Of a stretch of 64,000 nt of DNA, positions 29,518 to 38,394 are shown piece after piece. Numbering within the stretch: position 1 is the stretch's first letter; each line of letters starts with the position of its first letter. The notes under the pieces were generated by a model. The model saw only the letters and a program-made list of their open reading frames with translations. It was not told the DNA's origin and ran no database searches. The stretch comes from Nitrospiraceae bacterium (GTDB taxonomy: Bacteria; Nitrospirota; Nitrospiria; Nitrospirales; Nitrospiraceae), in NCBI GenBank assembly GCA_050246315.1, contig JBFWWG010000008.1, forward strand, positions 1-64,000, read 5' to 3'. The translations under genes and the position numbers were made by a program.

Positions 29518-30483
29518 CTAAACCCTACCCTGAGCCTGGAGTTGTTCACGGATCCACTTGTAGGTCTCGGTCAGCCCTTCCTCCAGACTCACTCGCGGTT
29601 CCCACCCCAAGGTCTGCTTCATCAACGTGAGATCGGCATTCCGCCCCCGGACACCCTGCGGCTTGGTCAGATCATGTCGCTTCCTGATTCGCTTTCCCGC
29701 AATCTCCGCCACCATTTCCACCAGTTGGTTGATACTCACCAACCGATCCTGCCCGAGATTGAGTGGGTCGTGGAAGTCCGACTGCATCAATCGATAGATG
29801 CCCTCCACACAGTCCTCCACATAACAGTATGATCGTGTCTGATGCCCGTCCCCCCACACTTCGATCTCGTCATCCGGTTTTGCCACGGCAATTTTTCGAC
29901 ATATGGCAGCCGGAGATTTCTCCCGCCCCCCTTCATATGTACCCAAGGGTCCAAAGATATTGTGAAACCGGAGCACATACGTTTTCAGTCCGTAATCCTC
30001 CCAGTAGTGGCGGCACTGACGTTCGGTAAACAATTTTTCCCATCCGTACCCGTCCTCTGCATCCGCGGGATACGCATCGGCCTCCTTCAAGGGCGTCACA
30101 TCGGGAGAATTCTGTTTGTATCCGGGATAAATACAGGCGGAGGAAGTGAACAGAAACTTGCTTGCCCCCTGGACCCGAGCCGCCTCCAACATGTGCATGT
30201 TGATGAGCACGCTGTTGTGCATGATCTGGGCCTTGTGGGACTCGATAAATCCGATTCCACCCATGTCCGCCGCCAAATTGTAGACCTCATCGATCCCACG
30301 CACCGCTTGCAGGCACTCTGCCCAGCGTCGGAGATCCAACAGCTCGAATTCATCGCCCGCCGTCTGTTCATACTCCGGAAGTTTGATGTCGACTCCGCGC
30401 ACCCAATATCGCTTCGCCTTCAAATACTTCACCAAATGGTGCCCGATAAACCCGCCCGCCCCTGTGACCAATACCTTCTTCAT
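29518..30483 (-). CDS. NAD-dependent epimerase, GDP-mannose 3',5'-epimerase-like
   Basis: GAGGFIG, LAADMGG.GFI, SSACIYP, YGWEK, RFHNIFGP.GT..GGREK and GVRGRN motifs. Confidence 0.88.
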   Translation of the reverse strand: MKKVLVTGAGGFIGHHLVKYLKAKRYWVRGVDIKLPEYEQTAGDEFELLDLRRWAECLQAVRGIDEVYNLAADMGGIGFIESHKAQIMHNSVLINMHMLEAARVQGASKFLFTSSACIYPGYKQNSPDVTPLKEADAYPADAEDGYGWEKLFTERQCRHYWEDYGLKTYVLRFHNIFGPLGTYEGGREKSPAAICRKIAVAKPDDEIEVWGDGHQTRSYCYVEDCVEGIYRLMQSDFHDPLNLGQDRLVSINQLVEMVAEIAGKRIRKRHDLTKPQGVRGRNADLTLMKQTLGWEPRVSLEEGLTETYKWIREQLQAQGRV

Positions 30484-30879
30484 ATGTTGTTCCTCCTCAA
30501 TTCACCCTTCGCCCTGACATGCATTTTCTCATTTCGACACTTCAGCGCTCCTCTCGTCCGAGCCATCATACTCGGCAGGCCATAGCGCCGCAATCGCTCC
30601 TCACTTGATGAGGGCTCTGTTGGTTGGACGACATATGCCGGATCCTCTACCCGTATCGGCACTCAGTAGAAGTTTGGACATTCATGGTAACATCGTCGCC
30701 ACGGACCCGCCAGGATTTCATAATGACCCCGTTCCGTGCATAAGACGATGAGGATGGATCTCACCACCCGAACAGTATCGCAGGATATGGCACCGAGAGC
30801 CATTTTCCAACCCACCACTTTGAGTAGCCCGCAGTCTGGCAAGCGGCTCACGATCCTAACTCGCGCTCGTCCCGCAGCA

Positions 30880-31590
30880 CCCCCACCGCCTGTAACCAGC
30901 AATTGTTGAACACCCTCAGGCGCACGGTGACTTCCAATTTCCGGATCATTGAACAACCCGGACGAGCCACCAGCACCAACGCACCTGCGCAAATCCTGAT
31001 GGGGGATACCGGCCTCCCGCAAGATCTTGAACTCGATCACCACCCTCCCCCCGAAGGTAGGGGAACTCCATGTCGGTCGAAAAATACCCGATCACCGTGA
31101 CCGCGCCACCTGCGGCGACCACTTTCACGCACTCTTCGAACAGCTTCCGATTGACCCGTCCCATCGCAAGCTCGGACACCTCTGCCCTGTCCTATTCATG
31201 ATCGGGTTCCGCGACGTGAGCAGCCTGAAGACCCAGGAGAAGCGGCGGCTGCAGCCCATGGTCAAATCAAGCAATTCGTCGAACGCCAGGTAGGTCAGTT
31301 GCATTTCGACTTTCCGCAACAAGGCCTGATAAGAGACGGTGGCTCCAACCCGAGACCCGACTCGACCTTCTCGATCCGCAAAGGCTCCCGAACAGGCGAT
31401 GGAGCCAACCGCAACCATCCTGACGCTGTCGAGAAAGCTCATCGGGAAGACGGACCACCATGGCTTCCCTCCCGGCGATACAGACTCAACATCAATATCA
31501 GCGCGAACAACTCCATCGCGTACAGCCCGACTGTCACTTTCCATTCACCTGACTATTCCGGCACTGACTCTCTGCGACCATTCAAACTTC
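30880..31590 (-). pseudogene. Decayed, internally deleted paralog of the adjacent SGNH-like gene 31617-33038
   Basis: Pieces in different frames align by eye to the neighbour: LMLSLYRREG/KPWWSVF vs VLMLYRLSYKPTWFEF; SWVFRLLTSRNP...EVSELAMGRVN vs SYLFRLATSRYP...EVSDETMRQVN; IGSHRAPEG vs VGSHYAPEG. Boundaries are approximate. Confidence 0.72.
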
Positions 31591-31616
31591 ATAACTCTTT
31601 CGTCTGACTCCAGCGG

Positions 31617-33038
31617 TCAGGATGGATGTGGGACTTTTCCGATTTCTGGCACTCGATCGGCTGATGATAGGGCTCGTTGCACCCTAGGAAACACACAATC
31701 GGCAATAGCCTGCTCTCCCTCTGGAGCATAGTGGCTCCCCACCGCTCTGAATCGTCGTGCTGACTGGACCGCTCCCAGACAGGGGGTCGCATCAAGAAAA
31801 TCGATGGCCAGCTTGCGCAGGAGTCTAGGGCTATAGGGCTCCGTCCGTGGGGTCTTGTAGTCACTCTTCATCGGCATATACAGAATTAAGTAAGATGTTT
31901 TATGTATCGCGGTCTTCTCGATGAAGGCTTTGATGATGGCCTCGTTGACCTGCCGCATCGTTTCGTCCGAGACCTCGGCCCTCGGGACACCATAGAGCGG
32001 ATAACGACTCGTCGCGAGTCTGAACAGATACGAGTGGTAGAGCAGATTCCAGCCTGGCTGCTCCCATTGCCACGGAAGATACCAGCGATCGTAGCCGACG
32101 AACGGGAGATCATAGATCGACCGATATTGATAGATATCTCTAGGATGCATGAGCGGAACATTCAAGAGCTCAAGATGGCCGTTCTTGACCACAAAACGAG
32201 GAGCTGCCCATGGGCAGGTCTCCCAATTTAGCATCATGAGGAAGCAATAGATCCCCATGCCGCGTTCTGGAGCACCATCGGTAAAGCTCAGCACGACCAG
32301 ATCCGGTTGCCACACCGTCACATCCCGCTCATAGCGCAGATACATTTGTCCGAGACTGTAGCCGGGAACCGCAAAGTTCAACACCCGACAAGACGGTCCG
32401 AGCCGTTCTTGAAGGTATGCTCCCCATGTCTCCTCAAACGTTCCCTGCCAGCCAAAGGTGAACGAATCGCCCAGGAGCGCCACACGACAGGAAATGCGTT
32501 CCTTCAAATATTCGATCCCCCGAGTTGGGCTACGCACCCCCTCCTGACTGCTATGCCACAATCCATCCTTGCTTATTTGATTGCGACCCACCGTCCAACC
32601 CAACATTGAATCCCCGACAAAGTAGTCGGGAGTCACATCGAAGACATCCAACGTCCGATTGTATCGCTGAGTCACATACCCCCATCCCCGCGGAAGCAAC
32701 AACATTGTCCCCAGTTCTTGTCCCCATGGCTTTTGCACCGTGGCCCATCGGAGTCCTATCTCGCCAACCATTCCGGCGCAGGCGATGACCAACACCGGAA
32801 TTATAACGGCTCGAACCGCGTTCTGATGTTCATCCTGGCGAATCTTGCGGTACTCAGCAATGAACTTTCTCGCCGTCAACGGAACGCCTACAAACGCACA
32901 CAGGAACACCGCACCGGGAAGGCTGACCAGGAACTCGAACCACGTCGGTTTGTACGAGAGGCGGTAAAGCATTAAGACCGACACTGCCACACAGACGACC
33001 CACAACATCATCACAACGAGGAGACGGAGGTGGATCAT
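31617..33038 (-). CDS. SGNH-like protein with three N-terminal TM helices
   Basis: LLGDSFTFG; LNFAVPGYS..Q; C-terminal GSHY. Confidence 0.8.
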   Translation of the reverse strand: MIHLRLLVVMMLWVVCVAVSVLMLYRLSYKPTWFEFLVSLPGAVFLCAFVGVPLTARKFIAEYRKIRQDEHQNAVRAVIIPVLVIACAGMVGEIGLRWATVQKPWGQELGTMLLLPRGWGYVTQRYNRTLDVFDVTPDYFVGDSMLGWTVGRNQISKDGLWHSSQEGVRSPTRGIEYLKERISCRVALLGDSFTFGWQGTFEETWGAYLQERLGPSCRVLNFAVPGYSLGQMYLRYERDVTVWQPDLVVLSFTDGAPERGMGIYCFLMMLNWETCPWAAPRFVVKNGHLELLNVPLMHPRDIYQYRSIYDLPFVGYDRWYLPWQWEQPGWNLLYHSYLFRLATSRYPLYGVPRAEVSDETMRQVNEAIIKAFIEKTAIHKTSYLILYMPMKSDYKTPRTEPYSPRLLRKLAIDFLDATPCLGAVQSARRFRAVGSHYAPEGEQAIADCVFPRVQRALSSADRVPEIGKVPHPS

Positions 33039-33134
33039 GCCGGAAGCTACTCACACCCGTGGGTCGGCCATGCCCAGTACGCGCCTACCATGTCGCATGA
33101 GAGGCTTCATGAGGAGCAAACCAGAATCACCCCA

Positions 33135-34397
33135 TTACCCCGTCAGCTCATGATAGAGCTCTTCATAGCGCCGAGCTTGCGCAAGGAGAGGGTAGTCGGT
33201 CAGAGCCGTCTCTCTCGCCTGCCGAGACATTCGATGGAGAGCAGCCGGTTCATTCAAGAGCGCAGCCATGGCGTCGCGCAAGCCCCCAATGTCGCCGGGG
33301 TCGACGAGAACTCCCGTCAAGCCGGGACGGACCATATCCCGAATCCCGCCAACATCGAATCCGAGAACCGGAATGCCACAGGCCATTGCTTCGAGGACGG
33401 TATTGGGAAGATTATCCTGAAGGGAAGGGATTACGAACAAGTCTGCAGCGCTATAGGCGAGCGAGAGGAACCGGTCATTTCCCACGTAGCTGAGGTGGGA
33501 CCCTCGCATCTCCGCTGGAAGCCGAGGCGGATTGTGTCCGACCGACAATAGCCACAGGCGATCCACCTGGCGAGAACATTCTTTGAGCGCCTCCTGCAGC
33601 AACGAGAACCCCTTGCGCCGGTTATCGACCATCTCAGCCAAAAACAGTATCACGTGAACATCCTGGGGAATGCCCAATACGTCGCGGGCTGCTGAACGGT
33701 CGCGCGGCGCAAAATACTCGAGATTAATCCCATAGGGAATCGTTTCGACACGGAATCGTGCGAAGATCGGGCTCTGTTTCACCACCTGCCCCAACCACCG
33801 ACTCGGTGTCACCAGGCACAATTTCTTCGGATCGATTCGGTCAAAGATCGTCCGTTTCCGATCCCACACCTGACCCGCTAGATCGTCCGGATCCTCAGAC
33901 CCGAGTTGAGGGCACGCCCCGCATCGCTGCGCAAATCGTCCACAACCCAAATCGTAGTGACACCCGCCCGTCAGGGCGTTCATATCATGCAGAGTCCAGA
34001 CGATCACGGTACGCCTCGATACCGCCTCGATGACCTGTTCATAATCGAGATATGCCGCCACCCAATGGAGATTCAGCACCTCACACGGCGGGATCTGATC
34101 AAGTAACGCCGCCCCGTAGGGTGTTCGATCCTCGCTGAACAGTTCGAAGCCAGGCGGGCGACTCGTTGCATAGGGCGTCGCGCTTCGGACAATCGCCTTG
34201 CGACGAGTCCATCGCCGCCATCGGCTGGGCAGATCCATCGGGATCACAAACTCGCTCACCGTCGGGTCCTGGCCGACTTTGCTTTTCACCAACATTGAGG
34301 AGTCCTGTCCGATTCGCAACAATCCCTGGTGAAGGCGGTACGCAGAGAGAGCCGCCCCTCCCTTCAGATCGTAGGTGCTCAAATGAACTACTCTCAT
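33135..34397 (-). CDS. Glycosyltransferase family 4 (WcaC-like)
   Basis: GGAA..AYRLH, WTLHDM...GGCHY, C..CPQL and PSLQDNLPNTVLEAMACG motifs. Confidence 0.9.
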   Translation of the reverse strand: MRVVHLSTYDLKGGAALSAYRLHQGLLRIGQDSSMLVKSKVGQDPTVSEFVIPMDLPSRWRRWTRRKAIVRSATPYATSRPPGFELFSEDRTPYGAALLDQIPPCEVLNLHWVAAYLDYEQVIEAVSRRTVIVWTLHDMNALTGGCHYDLGCGRFAQRCGACPQLGSEDPDDLAGQVWDRKRTIFDRIDPKKLCLVTPSRWLGQVVKQSPIFARFRVETIPYGINLEYFAPRDRSAARDVLGIPQDVHVILFLAEMVDNRRKGFSLLQEALKECSRQVDRLWLLSVGHNPPRLPAEMRGSHLSYVGNDRFLSLAYSAADLFVIPSLQDNLPNTVLEAMACGIPVLGFDVGGIRDMVRPGLTGVLVDPGDIGGLRDAMAALLNEPAALHRMSRQARETALTDYPLLAQARRYEELYHELTG

Positions 34398-34442
34398 ACA
34401 ACTGGATTCCCTGAACTCAGCGCCCGTAGCCTAATGGCCCTG

Positions 34443-35426
34443 TCAATGTACCTTGCGGCCGACCGAGAGGATCCGTTTCAGCATGAAGATGAGTTTGGCC
34501 CGTACGCCATACCAAAGTGCCGATCCGACGAGCTTGTAGTACTCAGGAATGTACGGAAGGACAAACGCCCCTCGGACCCACTGAAAGAATGGAACGCGCT
34601 CTCGGTACATTCCATCCCATCGCTCGAGATAGGTCTGCCACCCTAGACGGGCCAGATGCGGCTTGAGCACCCGCCACTGCGCGGGCTCCCGAAGGGCATA
34701 TCGGAGAACCGCAGGATCCTCGTCCAGGAATTTCAGGTAAATGCACGTATCTTGGGCCAAGCTATCCACTTTGAGGGACCAGCCGAAACTCACATCGCTG
34801 TAGCGCCAGCGAAAGCTGCATCGTTGGCTGATCGCGACGGACCCCCTCAGACATAACTTGATTAAAATCGCATCGTCAGTGTGCGTTCCGCCTGGGATCT
34901 CGGGATGCCCGCCGTCTTCCCTGATGTAGGACGTCCTCCCGAGCACGGTGGAGTAGCTTTCGAAACCATAATTCGTCCACGATCGGATGAACTCCGGTCC
35001 CGTCATGAACTCCGGCACGCGGTCGGACGACACTCGTAACAACCGGCCGGCTGCATCCACAACCTCTTCCTTCGCAAGCGCGACCGCCACCTCCGGATGC
35101 GACTCCAAGATTCGGACCAGATCCGAGACGTAGTTCGGGCTGAGCATATCGTCATAGTCGAGAAACGCGAAATAGTCTCCGGTCGCGGCTGCAATGAGTT
35201 GATTGTAGTGAGTCGGCAATGGAACTGTTCGAGGATTTTGTCTGAATCGATAGGAACGCGGGTACCATTTCTCCGCCAAGTCATTGACTTGCGTCCCGTT
35301 TTCGCCGTTGTCAGATACGATCAGCTCGATGTTCGTATAGTCTTGTGCGGCCACCGATTGTAGCGCATCCACGAGATAGTCGAGGCGCTTGTAGACCGGC
35401 AAGGCTATCGTGACAACCTTATTCAT
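34443..35426 (-). CDS. Glycosyltransferase family 2
   Basis: VTIALPVY; AQDYTNIELIVSDN; GDYFAFLDYDD (DxD). Confidence 0.9.
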   Translation of the reverse strand: MNKVVTIALPVYKRLDYLVDALQSVAAQDYTNIELIVSDNGENGTQVNDLAEKWYPRSYRFRQNPRTVPLPTHYNQLIAAATGDYFAFLDYDDMLSPNYVSDLVRILESHPEVAVALAKEEVVDAAGRLLRVSSDRVPEFMTGPEFIRSWTNYGFESYSTVLGRTSYIREDGGHPEIPGGTHTDDAILIKLCLRGSVAISQRCSFRWRYSDVSFGWSLKVDSLAQDTCIYLKFLDEDPAVLRYALREPAQWRVLKPHLARLGWQTYLERWDGMYRERVPFFQWVRGAFVLPYIPEYYKLVGSALWYGVRAKLIFMLKRILSVGRKVH

Positions 35427-35532
35427 CCGGATCCTGCTCCACCCCCATAGTTCCCACGTGTCACATCACGCCCATCGTGCACAATCGGGAGAGTCTCGAC
35501 GGATACCCGCCCAGCGCCTGCCGAGTCCTCCG

Positions 35533-36456
35533 TCACCTCGCCCCGGCAACGGATGGAAGGACCGTCAGGTCCACAGACGGATGAGGATTGATCCCTCGCA
35601 CGGCCTCTAGATAGCGATTCTGGAGGGCCCCCAAAATGGGTGCCTTTTCCGGCAACGGCATCCCTTCAATGGACGACGCCAGAGCGACTTCGTGCAATGT
35701 CCCGCAGACGCCGATCTCGTCGGCTATCAGGAGCTCGGTCCGATCAATCGGACGATGGACGAACACGATGCCCATGGAATGGGCCATGGTTTCCAATATG
35801 TCCAAGGTGATGCTCTCCAATGCTCCCTCCGACGGTGGGGGGGTGTAGACAGTGCCGTCCCGCACCATCATCAAGCACGACGCTGTGGCTTCAGCCACAC
35901 GACCAGATGCATTCAAGAGCACCATATCATCGTAGCCCTGCGGGCGTCCCTCGATGCGTGCAAGCCGGGAAACCTGATAGTTGCTGCTGGTCTTGATGCG
36001 GGCCGGAAGCGCGATGTCGCTGCTGCGCCGCCACGTGCTGACGCCCAGCTTCACCGACTCAGGATTTTTCTTGTCTTGATGATACGCGGTCAGGACGAGA
36101 TCGGCCTTTGTATGCTCACCCCAATGCCCTTCGGTCACGAACAGAGTGGTGCGAGCCCACATGTCCCGCTCGGGCCTCGCAAGAGCACCAAGCAACGCAT
36201 CGATAGCCTCATAATATTGCTCGAACGTCGCGGACCAGGGCACATGAAGGAGGCGGGCCGATCGGCACAGGCGATCATAATGTCGCCGCATGTGAACGAT
36301 TTTGAACCGTCCGTCCGGTTGCCAATACCCCTTGAGCCCTTCGAATACGTTCAGCCCCCGGGTGACAGCCTCGCAGCCGATATGTAAGGTGGCCTGGTCC
36401 CAGGGCACCAATCTTCCGTTCATATACGCAAGGTCTGGTCGTTGCAACTGAGCCAC
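35533..36456 (-). CDS. Class IV (branched-chain amino acid-type) PLP aminotransferase
   Basis: VFEGLKGY, HYDRLCRSA, RIKTSSNY (PLP Lys) and LESIT motifs; GTG start at 36456 after AAGGAGG RBS. Confidence 0.87.
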   Translation of the reverse strand: MAQLQRPDLAYMNGRLVPWDQATLHIGCEAVTRGLNVFEGLKGYWQPDGRFKIVHMRRHYDRLCRSARLLHVPWSATFEQYYEAIDALLGALARPERDMWARTTLFVTEGHWGEHTKADLVLTAYHQDKKNPESVKLGVSTWRRSSDIALPARIKTSSNYQVSRLARIEGRPQGYDDMVLLNASGRVAEATASCLMMVRDGTVYTPPPSEGALESITLDILETMAHSMGIVFVHRPIDRTELLIADEIGVCGTLHEVALASSIEGMPLPEKAPILGALQNRYLEAVRGINPHPSVDLTVLPSVAGAR

Positions 36457-36468
36457 ATTCGCCTCCTT

Positions 36469-36492
36469 GTTACGTACACTGTTACGTACACT
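36469..36492. repeat. Perfect 12-bp tandem duplication (GTTACGTACACT x2)
   Basis: Seen directly, just upstream of the aminotransferase RBS. Confidence 0.9.
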
Positions 36493-36511
36493 CACATCAC
36501 TGAGAGCGGAA

Positions 36512-37354
36512 CTACCGATAGGTGCGCACAGCCTTTCTGAGATCCCCCGGTGTCCCTATATCGAGATAGGTCCCGCGCGGGAACGTGACACTCTCGACGG
36601 AGAGTCCCTGTCTCACGGCCGCCTTGATGACCGCGCCAACCGGTACGTCTCCCTGGGCGTCCATCTTGCCAGAGGTCACTAGCCCCATCTCTCGCAGGCC
36701 GAGGCCGGACGACAGCGCCTCATGTAAGAATTCTGTAAACGTCGATCTCCAGACTGCACAGACCCAGGCATATCGGAGGGACGTCCGCCGGGGCTTCAGC
36801 CAGAGTCCCCGTACCCTTCCCTCCTGATCCGCCTCGACCATGTCCATCGCTCGACAGTCATGGGCGGGGAACAATCCCAATACAAGGTCGCAGCGTCGTC
36901 GCATCAGATGATTCAACAACCGACAAAAGCTGTCCAGAGGCTGGAAGATGATATCCGGAAAGCCGAATGCAACGATCTTCCCAGAGATAAAGGGATACGC
37001 TCGATTAACGCTGTCGGGTGGGCCACTGGAATCACGAATGACGACATAGGCCAAATCCATGTCGACCGAACGGCCGTCCGCGAAGTACTGCGGGATGTCC
37101 CACTTCCCTTCCCGAATGACCACATAGGCCTTCCTGATCCCGGCCAACCGAAACGCCTTGAGGAGGTACTGGCTCACCACCTTCGGACCAGGAGGCTGAC
37201 TCCTGTCCGGTTCCATGAATCCGACCGGAAATAGCTCCTTGCTGCACGGTAGGAGGCCGAGCCTCCGTGAACGGCCGGCAGCCGGCACCACACCCACCAC
37301 CTCCACGTCCGCTCCGAATTCTTCCGCACCACGCGCGCAAGATTTACGTACCAT
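36512..37354 (-). CDS. Sugar-1-phosphate nucleotidyltransferase (dTDP-glucose pyrophosphorylase-like)
   Basis: GVVPAAGRSRRL..PCSKEL; GFPDI; YLDIGTP. Confidence 0.82.
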   Translation of the reverse strand: MVRKSCARGAEEFGADVEVVGVVPAAGRSRRLGLLPCSKELFPVGFMEPDRSQPPGPKVVSQYLLKAFRLAGIRKAYVVIREGKWDIPQYFADGRSVDMDLAYVVIRDSSGPPDSVNRAYPFISGKIVAFGFPDIIFQPLDSFCRLLNHLMRRRCDLVLGLFPAHDCRAMDMVEADQEGRVRGLWLKPRRTSLRYAWVCAVWRSTFTEFLHEALSSGLGLREMGLVTSGKMDAQGDVPVGAVIKAAVRQGLSVESVTFPRGTYLDIGTPGDLRKAVRTYR

Positions 37355-38288
37355 TGGATGAATCGGGACTGGGCTGACGATAAATCAGTTCGCCTTCGGT
37401 ACCGGTGCCATCATCGTAGAGGGCCACCAGTTCGTCGGGAATGCGTGACAAGTCGCTCCCCCGCAGATAGTCCCGCATTGTGGTCCCTGTGCATTCCTCA
37501 TCCACCTTTGGCGCACCACGTCTTGTTGCGACGTCGTCCAGGTGCACCACACGAAAATCCAGGCTGAAGCGGGTTCTGCCGGAGGTATTTGGCACGCTGG
37601 AGTGCATCTGTGCGCCCGAGAACAGAATCATTCCGCCCGGCGGCACGATCAGACGGATCTGCGGGTCGAGATCAAGGGGTTGTAAAGGTTTCGGCAAGGG
37701 ACGCGGATCTTCCTTGAGCAACTGCCCCACATGATCACCTCGGTACTTCTGATTCCAGAGATAGTAGTTGTATCCCTTCGAACTGTTCTTTACGGCACGA
37801 TTCCAATATCGCGGGTGGAACGCCATTGCATTATCGGATCGAATGCCAAAGATCGGAATCCACCAGTTGATCTGGCACGGTGGAGCCGAGTACCAAGTGT
37901 CCCGATGCGGGTGCCAGGCGTAGGCGATGCCCGTTGTCAGGTAATTGTCGCTGGTCGAACTCCGCATTTTTGGCACATCAAAGTAGGTCTTATCGAGATT
38001 GCAACCGAGATCCTGGAGTATAGCCCGAAGATGACCCTTTGACTCGGGGTGATGAATGAACGCGGGCTTGAGCTTCACCAGGATCTGAGCATATTCCTCG
38101 ACCGGCATGTCGAACTGCGCCGTTTCGGGGTCGCGCCCGCCGAACGCCTCATTGATCATTCTACGTGCAAATTCGACGAACGCCAGCGAACTCTTCGTTG
38201 GCGAATAGGCAAACAGTTGCCCGTCGAACAACGCACGTCGCCGCTCATCATCCGTCAACTGGGCGTCATAGTACACCGTGTTGTTCAT
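37344..38288 (-). CDS. Putative Fe(II)/2-oxoglutarate dioxygenase (PhyH-like)
   Basis: HPHRDTWY (HxD), distal His (QMHSS) and RFSLDFR (RxS); ATG 38288 with GAGGTG RBS. Confidence 0.65.
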   Translation of the reverse strand: MNNTVYYDAQLTDDERRRALFDGQLFAYSPTKSSLAFVEFARRMINEAFGGRDPETAQFDMPVEEYAQILVKLKPAFIHHPESKGHLRAILQDLGCNLDKTYFDVPKMRSSTSDNYLTTGIAYAWHPHRDTWYSAPPCQINWWIPIFGIRSDNAMAFHPRYWNRAVKNSSKGYNYYLWNQKYRGDHVGQLLKEDPRPLPKPLQPLDLDPQIRLIVPPGGMILFSGAQMHSSVPNTSGRTRFSLDFRVVHLDDVATRRGAPKVDEECTGTTMRDYLRGSDLSRIPDELVALYDDGTGTEGELIYRQPSPDSSNGT

Positions 38289-38394
38289 CGTGCACCTCAA
38301 CCCGCTGGATAAAGGTTCTTCTGTCCAGTCACCGCCGACCTGGTACCCCAACTCACGAGTTCCAACCGTTGGACATGCCGAACATGTCGTGCTC

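Noticed and set aside
30663..31544. Three short independent minus-strand ORFs, or a transposase remnant
   Set aside because: Better explained as frameshifted pieces of one SGNH paralog; no DDE motif or terminal repeats.
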